64,000 bases of DNA from contig CAJFNK010000026.1 in the NCBI GenBank assembly GCA_904394685.1, positions 8,706-72,705 of the forward strand, read 5' to 3'. The translations under genes and the position numbers were made by a program. Under the pieces are notes generated by a model. The model saw only the letters and a program-made list of their open reading frames with translations, was not told where the DNA came from and did not search any database. Below are positions 19,670 through 26,318 of this stretch, piece after piece (position 1 is the first letter of the stretch; each line of letters opens with the position of its first letter). Source of the DNA: Candidatus Heritagella gallinarum. GTDB taxonomy: Bacteria > Bacillota > Clostridia > Oscillospirales > Acutalibacteraceae.

Positions 19670-20731
19670 TCAAATCCTAGTTGGATGAGGATGATTGTGA
19701 TCCTGCAAATCTACATGGGAATGAAGATGGGAGTCTGTTCCATCCTCGTGAATATGCAAATGGCTGTGCCTATGTATATGCTCATGGGTATGGATCAGAT
19801 TGCCATGGGCATGTGCATGGCAATGAATATGTTCATGCTCATGGTTGTGCTGTAATTCCACTGTATCCTTTGTCAAAATCACGGTACTGAAAACCATCAA
19901 AGCCAGCGCAAGATAAAACGACCACTCCGGCCTCTCGCCCACCAGAAGCATGCTGAAAGCCACTCCCAGAAACGGCGCTATGGAATAATAGGCGCTGGTT
20001 TTCGCTGCGCCCAAATCTTTCTGTGCCATAATGTAAAAATTAATGCTCAAGCCATAAGAAACAAAGCCAAGCAGCAAAATCGCCGCAATCAGACTGAGAT
20101 CTGGAACTTTTTCTCCCAACAACAGGGCAATGAGGAAACTGGCTAATCCCGAAAAACAGCCTTTAATCACGACAATTTCTTCTGAACTTTTATGGCTGAT
20201 CATCTTGGTGCAGTTGTTTTCAACACCCCAACAGAGGCAGGCTCCCAGAACCAGCAGGGAACCTTCGTTAAAAACGAAAGCACCTGTGCCTTCAAAGCTG
20301 AGTATCATACTGGCAGCTGTCACCAGCAAAATTGCGAACCATAGTCTTTTAGAGATCACTTCCCCAAAGATCAACAACGCCACCAGCGAAGTTGCCACAA
20401 TCTCAAAGTTATTGAGTAGCGATACATTGGCCGACGTAGTACGGCTGATTCCGGCCATCAGAAGAATCGGCGCAGCCACGTCCAGAACTACCATTGCCAC
20501 GGTATAAGGCAACTCTTTTTTCGTCAATGGCTCTTTGTTGGAAGTTTTCCCAACAGCCGAGGTGAAAAAGTGGTACAACAACATCCCAATTCCGGCGCCC
20601 AAATACAGGAAAGCCGCCATCATCGTTGCACCTACATTTTGAAGCAACAGCTTGGAGATCGGAATATTCAGCGCATAGAGCGCCGCCGCCAATATTGCAA
20701 AAACTGTTGCAAGTTTTTTTGCTTTTAACAC
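19670..20731 (-). CDS. DMT (EamA-like) family transporter with His-rich C-terminal tail
   Basis: The ORF extends to 20821. The GTG at 20731 is preferred because it lies after the upstream stop and a GAAAGGTGA RBS. About 10 hydrophobic helices in two EamA-like halves. The last ~60 aa contain about 24 His. Confidence 0.8.
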   Translation of the reverse strand: MLKAKKLATVFAILAAALYALNIPISKLLLQNVGATMMAAFLYLGAGIGMLLYHFFTSAVGKTSNKEPLTKKELPYTVAMVVLDVAAPILLMAGISRTTSANVSLLNNFEIVATSLVALLIFGEVISKRLWFAILLVTAASMILSFEGTGAFVFNEGSLLVLGACLCWGVENNCTKMISHKSSEEIVVIKGCFSGLASFLIALLLGEKVPDLSLIAAILLLGFVSYGLSINFYIMAQKDLGAAKTSAYYSIAPFLGVAFSMLLVGERPEWSFYLALALMVFSTVILTKDTVELQHNHEHEHIHCHAHAHGNLIHTHEHIHRHSHLHIHEDGTDSHLHSHVDLQDHNHPHPTRI

Positions 20732-20747
20732 GTCTTTTTCACCTTTC

Positions 20748-21119
20748 TCATTTGTCTGTTTTTGGGGTAGAAGTACGCAAGATCTTCTCCATCGCTTTCC
20801 CCTTTGCAAGCTCATCAACAAGCTTATCGAGATAGCGGATTTCTCTCATCAGAGGTTCTTCGATCTCCTCTACCCGAACGCCGCACACAACGCCCTTAAT
20901 AAGAACACGGTTGGGATTTGGACTAGGTGCATTGAGAAAAAAGGAGCCGTAATCCAGTTCAGACTGTGCGATTCTTTCAATCTCCTCTCCTGAATATCCG
21001 GTCAACCAGGAAATCACTTCGTCTACTTCCTCTTGCGTTCTCCCTTTTTTCAAGGCTTTTTGAACCAAAAGAGGATAAATCTTTGAAAATTTCATCGCAT
21101 AAACCTTTTCGTTGGACAT
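20748..21119 (-). CDS. DUF2200 family protein
   Basis: [42 protein letters not shown] matches my recollection of DUF2200. The ATG at 21119 lies 9 nt after GGGAGG. Confidence 0.7.
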   Translation of the reverse strand: MSNEKVYAMKFSKIYPLLVQKALKKGRTQEEVDEVISWLTGYSGEEIERIAQSELDYGSFFLNAPSPNPNRVLIKGVVCGVRVEEIEEPLMREIRYLDKLVDELAKGKAMEKILRTSTPKTDK

Positions 21120-21234
21120 TGGCCGCATCCTCCCGCTCTAGATTACTTTTTACCTGCTAGAGTGTCTACAAACATCCTGTGTACAAAATACGCTTTTCTA
21201 AATCATATCGATTTGATTATGTTTCAAAAGTTGT

Positions 21235-21564
21235 TCAAAGAATCTCCCGAAGTTTATCCAGAAAAGCGTTTTCTCCAATTGTGTTCACTTTAAAGAACAC
21301 GGCCTGACTGCCGCCGGCCGTAATCGCCGATAGATGAATGGGGCCATCTCCACTTTGAAACAGTGTTACGCTCATGCTTACACGGTTGCTGCCCATCCAA
21401 CTGTATCGCTCAAAAACACGCACGCTGCATCGGGCTCCTTCGCCGCAAAAATCGCTGGCATCCTCCAGTGAAGCCGACATACTGCTGTTCTGTATTCCGC
21501 TTACAATCCGATTGAGAATTTCTCTAAAATCTCCTTGTAAACTGAGTTCCAGCTTTGCCATCAT
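21235..21564 (-). CDS. hypothetical protein (109 aa)
   Basis: The start at MMAKLELSL follows GGGAGG. No family recognised with confidence. Confidence 0.55.
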   Translation of the reverse strand: MMAKLELSLQGDFREILNRIVSGIQNSSMSASLEDASDFCGEGARCSVRVFERYSWMGSNRVSMSVTLFQSGDGPIHLSAITAGGSQAVFFKVNTIGENAFLDKLREIL

Positions 21565-21711
21565 CCATTTCCTCCCTTGTAAATCATTTTTTATAAACTC
21601 CAAGCCACGATACGATGGCTTTTTTCCCTCGCTACATTCATTGATTCGAGTACCGATTTTTTAACTACTATCTCCCTTTATGAATCTTGATCGTATGAGC
21701 TGATACAGCTA

Positions 21712-21755
21712 TAAAATCAAAAACAGAGGCTCGACACCACTGCATCGAGCCTCTG
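21712..21755 (-). terminator. intrinsic terminator
   Basis: CAGAGGCTCGA-loop-TCGAGCCTCTG followed by TTTTTGATTTT on the minus strand. Downstream of the 21866..22177 gene. Confidence 0.7.
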
Positions 21756-21865
21756 ACATTCACACATCCTGATTTTCCGGGAAGATACTCTATTTGCGGT
21801 GGGCACTATATTCTGCAAAACACCTCTGTCTGTGAGCTGCTTGGCCCAGAGATATCAAAAAACAA

Positions 21866-22177
21866 TTACTTTGCAACGCCAAACTTATGCTTGATCACTT
21901 CAATCCAGACAAAGGCGCCAACAAAGCCTGCTACGAACAACCCGACAGCTGTATAAATCGTAGCAGAATTTTCTCCGCCAATCAGTGCTGCAATGCCACT
22001 GAGCAGACAAACAGCCGCTACCAGAAAAACCGGCAATCCAACCGCTTTTCCAAAGGCGGCACGATCCTTTACCCCTTTTACATTAAACAGCAGATGAGGT
22101 TTTCCCTTGTAAATCAACATCCCTACTCCAAAAAATAAAAGGGCAGCGACTCCCATTATTCCTGCATACACCAACAT
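21866..22177 (-). CDS. small membrane protein (3 TM helices)
   Basis: 103 aa with three hydrophobic helices. Function unknown. Confidence 0.6.
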   Translation of the reverse strand: MLVYAGIMGVAALLFFGVGMLIYKGKPHLLFNVKGVKDRAAFGKAVGLPVFLVAAVCLLSGIAALIGGENSATIYTAVGLFVAGFVGAFVWIEVIKHKFGVAK

Positions 22178-22261
22178 TGCTTTTCATCCTTCCCAAAATT
22201 TATGGATTATTTGTTGATTTATTATAGCAAAATTCCAGATAAAAAGCAAGGGTTTGACCCA

Positions 22262-22600
22262 TTACGGCCTGATACGCAGGCGTTGCCCTGCGTGGATTTC
22301 TTCTTCCCGCCGAATTCCATTGAGCCACAAAAGCAATTCCCGACTGATTCCTGCTCGTTTTGCCGCCTTATCAGCAGTCTCTCCTTCCAAAACAGTCAGC
22401 CATTCTGTATCCTTCTGTAAAGTTTTCTCTTTCCGGCGCAGTGGTTCACGGATGGGAATCCGCAGGTGTTGTCCCTCTGCTAGAGGGATTTTATGATCCA
22501 GACGATTCAGACGAATCAATTCCTCTGCTTCTATCCGATAACGCCGAGCAATCTCCGCAAGACTCTCACCAGGTTTGACGCTGTAATATACGCTTATCAT
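22262..22600 (-). CDS. LysM domain-containing protein
   Basis: 112 aa. There are two LysM-like units: YSVKPGESLAEIARRYRIEAEELIRLN and a second ending HAGQRLRI. A GGAGG RBS is present. Confidence 0.75.
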   Translation of the reverse strand: MISVYYSVKPGESLAEIARRYRIEAEELIRLNRLDHKIPLAEGQHLRIPIREPLRRKEKTLQKDTEWLTVLEGETADKAAKRAGISRELLLWLNGIRREEEIHAGQRLRIRP

Positions 22601-22612
22601 CCCTTCACCTCC

Positions 22613-22650
22613 AAAAAAGCCTGTTCCACTATATGCGGGACAGGCTTTTT
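22613..22650 (-). terminator. terminator/attenuator hairpin downstream of bofA, abutting the LysM gene RBS
   Basis: On the minus strand: GCCTGTCCC-9 nt-GGAACAGGC followed by T6, which runs directly into GGAGG. Confidence 0.55.
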
Positions 22651-22706
22651 GAGGTTCCAGATCTGAAAGATTCAGGCCAACTTATAAAATTTTCGAAAAT
22701 CAATCA

Positions 22707-22869
22707 GGGCGTTTCTGAAAACTAAGAAATTGACGAATTTTCCACAAGCAATAGGTAGATACAAGGCAAAAAACGCAGGAACCCTTGATGGATTCCGAGT
22801 TTTTTAACGCAGTAGCTGTCATTGATTGTAGGAAAAGACGATAATTTCGACTTTTCAGATAGCCCCTAG
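22707..22869. repeat. copy 1 of a ~160-bp dispersed intergenic element with imperfect terminal inverted repeats
   Basis: Manual alignment to 53227-53385. The 5' ~68 nt are about 91% identical. An internal 24-nt block is identical and the terminal 32 nt are identical. The ends are inverted-repeat related. Confidence 0.8.
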
Positions 22870-23132
22870 GGGATCATCACCATATTGAGCAACAGCAGCA
22901 CCGTAACGCCGGGGATTCCGGCAGCGCCTGCCACTCCCAGGCTCAACGGACTGAGTGGCAGCGTTACCCCTGTGAATACCCCCGACACATTCACAGCCAG
23001 CAGGCTGAGCCACCCCAGCAGCATCCCGCCCACCGCATTGCGGATGGGATGCCGGCTCCGGGCACACACCTGCACGATCACCAGCAACAGCAATACTCCT
23101 CCTGCTACCCACCATACTACCATATCCGGCAC
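22866..23132 (-). CDS. bofA: pro-sigmaK processing inhibitor BofA family protein
   Basis: 88 aa, two TM helices, Gly-rich pattern GVAGAAGIPGV. Sits downstream of yaaL, as in Bacillus. Confidence 0.8.
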   Translation of the reverse strand: MPDMVVWWVAGGVLLLLVIVQVCARSRHPIRNAVGGMLLGWLSLLAVNVSGVFTGVTLPLSPLSLGVAGAAGIPGVTVLLLLNMVMIP

Positions 23133-23153
23133 TTTGATCCCTCCTGATTGTAA

Positions 23154-23426
23154 TTACTGAAACATCGGCGCCTGTACTTTTTCCTGGCGGGCACGCCGCA
23201 ACAGATACCGATACCGGGCACGCAGCGCCTGCCCCTGATACACGCAGGCTTCGATGAGATCTTCATCCAGCTCCATGGAAAACCAGCCCTCGTTACAGGC
23301 AATCTCCTGCTTGATTTCTCGAATTTCCTCCAACAGCTTTTGAGACTGCTCCTCCACTTTGTGTTCTCCCACTCGCTGCGCCTCCATTCTCTGCATAACC
23401 TGTGTCAGTTTCATGGCCAGTTCCAT
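23154..23426 (-). CDS. yaaL: YaaL family protein (DUF2508)
   Basis: The ORF extends to 23450. The start at MELAMKL follows GGAGAG. The C-terminal motif DLIEACVYQGQALRARYRYLLRRAR is typical of DUF2508. Confidence 0.75.
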   Translation of the reverse strand: MELAMKLTQVMQRMEAQRVGEHKVEEQSQKLLEEIREIKQEIACNEGWFSMELDEDLIEACVYQGQALRARYRYLLRRARQEKVQAPMFQ

Positions 23427-23499
23427 ATTCTCTCCGCCTTTCTTTACCATATGGATATGCTTTTATATTGGACAAATATTCCATTGTTTATGCAGAGCA

Positions 23500-23546
23500 A
23501 AGAAAAAACACCCTTTCAGTCATCCTGAAAAGGTGTTTGCGTTTTT
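23500..23546. terminator. intrinsic terminator after rnr
   Basis: ACACCCTTTCAG-tcatc-CTGAAAAGGTGT, flanked by an A-run and a T-run. Confidence 0.65.
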
Positions 23547-23553
23547 TCAAAAC

Positions 23554-25713
23554 TCAGTCAGCATCCTCTTGCTCGGCCGGAAGAAAGTCAATCCGCCCCG
23601 TGGCAACGTCTGCCGCTGCTACCCGGATTCGCAGTTCCTGCCCAATCGTCAGCTTCCGATGGCTCAGGGCGTCATACTGGGTAATCATCCCGTCAAACTG
23701 GAACTGACAGCCCTCAAAGCTGTCTACTGGCACAAAGCCCTCCACGCTGCTTTCCAGCTGTACAAACACACCACGCTGTGTTACGCCGCTGATGATCCCG
23801 GTAAATTCCTCGCCGATATGCTGGCGGATATATTCTGCCATATAGCAATCCTCCGCTGAGCGCTCTGCCATCATGGCCCGAACCTCCAGCCGGGAAGACT
23901 CCTCGGCGGCCGTTTGGGCAAAAGCCGCATAGTGACGGCTGATTTCTGCCGGCTTTTTCCCCTCGGCCAGCGCCGAAAGGATGCGGTGAATAGCGGTATC
24001 GGGATACCGCCGGATAGGAGAAGTAAAGTGGCTGTAATCGGCCAGCGCCAAACCAAAATGCCCGATCGGCTCGGTGGAATACCGGGCTTTATCCATGGTA
24101 CGCAGCAGCTGATGGGAAACCACCCGCTGTGCCGGGGTATCCTTTACCCGGTTGAGAATGGCAGAGAACTCTCTGGCTTTTGGTTCACCCTGACGGATTT
24201 CTTTGGCGCTGATTCCCAGCGCATCCAGCAACTCTATCAGCGTATCAATCCGGCGCTGTTCCGGCTGGCCATGAACACGATAGACAAAAGGAAGTCCCTT
24301 TTCCTGTGCCAGCTTTGCTGCCGCCTGATTGGCACAGATCATCAGCTGTTCGATCATCTCCTCGGCTTCGCCGCTGTGGCGAGGCTTTACATCCACACAA
24401 ATGCCGTTTTCGTCCAATACAAACTGGGATTCCACACTTTCCAGCTCCATATTGCCACGTTCTTTGGCACGCTGTTTTAAAATTTCTGCCAGCTCTCTGG
24501 CTGCGTTCAGACCACGCATCACGGGAGAATATTTGGAGCGGAGTTCTTTAGAAGCGGTTTTTGCAAAAATCTCGTTGACTTCGCTGTATACGCCCCGCAC
24601 CTTGGAGTGAATGATGCTCTTTTTAAATTCATATTTTTCAATATTTCCCTGTCCGTCCAGATGGATAATAGCAGAAAACGTCAGCTTGTCCTCTCCGGCA
24701 TTCAGAGAGCAGGCTCCGTTGGACAAGGCTTCGGGTAGCATCGGTACCACACGGTCGGCAAAATACACCGAGGTTCCACGAGAAATAGCTTCCTGATCCA
24801 GACGGGTTCCCTCTTTGACATAATGGGAAACGTCTGCGATATGAACTCCCAGTTTATATCCACCGGAACGGGTACGGCTCACCGAAATCGCATCGTCCAA
24901 ATCTTTGGCAGAGGCGCTGTCGATGGTGAAAATCCCCAGCTTCCTCAAATCCAGACGTCCCTTGCGTTCAGCGTCAGTGATGGGGCGCTCTCCGGCTATG
25001 CGGGCTTCTTCCAGCACCTCCGGCGGGAACTGCGCCGGGATATCATTCTGCTCCAGAATTGCATCAGCACATACACGGGCGCTGGAACCGGCTCCATACA
25101 CCTTGACAACACGGGCAAACAGACGATCGCCGCCCGGCCGGGTGTATAACTCCGCCATCACCTTGTCGCCCTCTTTGGCTCCCAGAAGATCCCGCTCCAT
25201 AATGGAAAGGTCATACCGGATTGCACAGTCGGCACGCAGGGCAAAATAATATCCTTCCCGCACAATCGTACCTGTGGTGCGCTGCTCTTTTTTCTCCACA
25301 ATTTTCAGCACCTGGCCGCTTGGCCCTTTGGGGTCGTCTGCAATGGGCAGCACTTCTACCCTATCCCCCAGCAGAGCGCCGTTCAATGCACTGCTGTGAA
25401 TAAACAGGTCGGGGGATTCCTCCCCTTCCAAACGGGCAAAGGCAAAGCCCTTGGAGAGCGAAACAATCACGGCCTGCTTGCGATCTTCCTGCTTGATGAG
25501 TTCCACCACATGGCTTCGATCGATAGTGATTTTTCCCTCCTCTTTCATTTCGTCCAGAACCCGGCGGAACTTGCCCTTATCCCGAATCCCGGCTTTTTTT
25601 CTCAATTCTTTTGCGGTCATTTTTCCACGAAACCGCATCAATGTTTTTTCCAGTTGTTTTGCAATCGTATTTTTCTTTTTTGCCATACTATTACTCTTTC
25701 TCTTTTCTTTCAC
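23554..25713 (-). CDS. rnr: ribonuclease R
   Basis: 719 aa. Cold-shock-like N-terminal domains, RNB motif DLDDAISV and a C-terminal S1 domain. Confidence 0.96.
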   Translation of the reverse strand: MKEKRKSNSMAKKKNTIAKQLEKTLMRFRGKMTAKELRKKAGIRDKGKFRRVLDEMKEEGKITIDRSHVVELIKQEDRKQAVIVSLSKGFAFARLEGEESPDLFIHSSALNGALLGDRVEVLPIADDPKGPSGQVLKIVEKKEQRTTGTIVREGYYFALRADCAIRYDLSIMERDLLGAKEGDKVMAELYTRPGGDRLFARVVKVYGAGSSARVCADAILEQNDIPAQFPPEVLEEARIAGERPITDAERKGRLDLRKLGIFTIDSASAKDLDDAISVSRTRSGGYKLGVHIADVSHYVKEGTRLDQEAISRGTSVYFADRVVPMLPEALSNGACSLNAGEDKLTFSAIIHLDGQGNIEKYEFKKSIIHSKVRGVYSEVNEIFAKTASKELRSKYSPVMRGLNAARELAEILKQRAKERGNMELESVESQFVLDENGICVDVKPRHSGEAEEMIEQLMICANQAAAKLAQEKGLPFVYRVHGQPEQRRIDTLIELLDALGISAKEIRQGEPKAREFSAILNRVKDTPAQRVVSHQLLRTMDKARYSTEPIGHFGLALADYSHFTSPIRRYPDTAIHRILSALAEGKKPAEISRHYAAFAQTAAEESSRLEVRAMMAERSAEDCYMAEYIRQHIGEEFTGIISGVTQRGVFVQLESSVEGFVPVDSFEGCQFQFDGMITQYDALSHRKLTIGQELRIRVAAADVATGRIDFLPAEQEDAD

Positions 25714-25850
25714 ATCTTATTCATTTCATTTACTACCAATTTCTCCCTGTCCCAATTGGACGGGCAAACGCTTTGGACGGGCAAAGCTTTAGACAGAAAA
25801 AGACCCCGCCATGTTATGAAAACACCAGCGGGGAATTTTGTCTTACTTTG

Positions 25851-26102
25851 TTATTTAGCGCTGAAATACATGATGATGTTAATCACAATCACCAGCAAAA
25901 AGAATCCAATGGAAATTACCTTTGTCCATCTCGCCAGAAAAGCATCGATAGAACGAGCTTTGTTCTTGGAGAAGAAGGTATCAGCACCACCGGTTACCAC
26001 ACCGATGTTCTTCTGATGGCCTTCCTGAAGCAGGACAATTACAATAATTCCAAGGGAAAACAAAAGCAATACAGCGCCAAAAACATATTCAAGTGCGCCC
26101 AT
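25851..26102 (-). CDS. secG: preprotein translocase subunit SecG
   Basis: 83 aa, two TM helices, with the LLQEGHQKNIG..GG motif. Confidence 0.9.
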   Translation of the reverse strand: MGALEYVFGAVLLLFSLGIIVIVLLQEGHQKNIGVVTGGADTFFSKNKARSIDAFLARWTKVISIGFFLLVIVINIIMYFSAK

Positions 26103-26136
26103 AATCTGCTGCCTCCTGTATCAAACTACTTTTTGT

Positions 26137-26165
26137 ATCATACCACAATCCCCACCAATACGCAA
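26137..26165 (-). promoter_or_regulatory. candidate promoter for secG (TTGCGT-17-TATGAT with TG extension)
   Basis: The minus strand reads TTGCGTattggtggggattgtggTATGAT, about 30 nt upstream of the secG RBS. Confidence 0.4.
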
Positions 26166-26318
26166 GCATTTCCTGCAAAGATCGGGATTTATTTTGAAAA
26201 AATGTGAATAACCGGTGGAAAACTGCACATCATAGGTGCAGAGTCTTCTACGGAAAGGCGTTTGCCCGGAGAAGATTCCCACATGCCCCTTTCGGGAAAT
26301 ATCCCGGAAGGGGATTTT

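Noticed and set aside
22707-22869. A small peptide encoded in the repeat (minus-strand ...CLVS.YCL...)
   Set aside because: The two copies use different frames upstream of the shared segment. One copy has TAG where the other has TGG. Neither has an RBS. It is not conserved as coding sequence.
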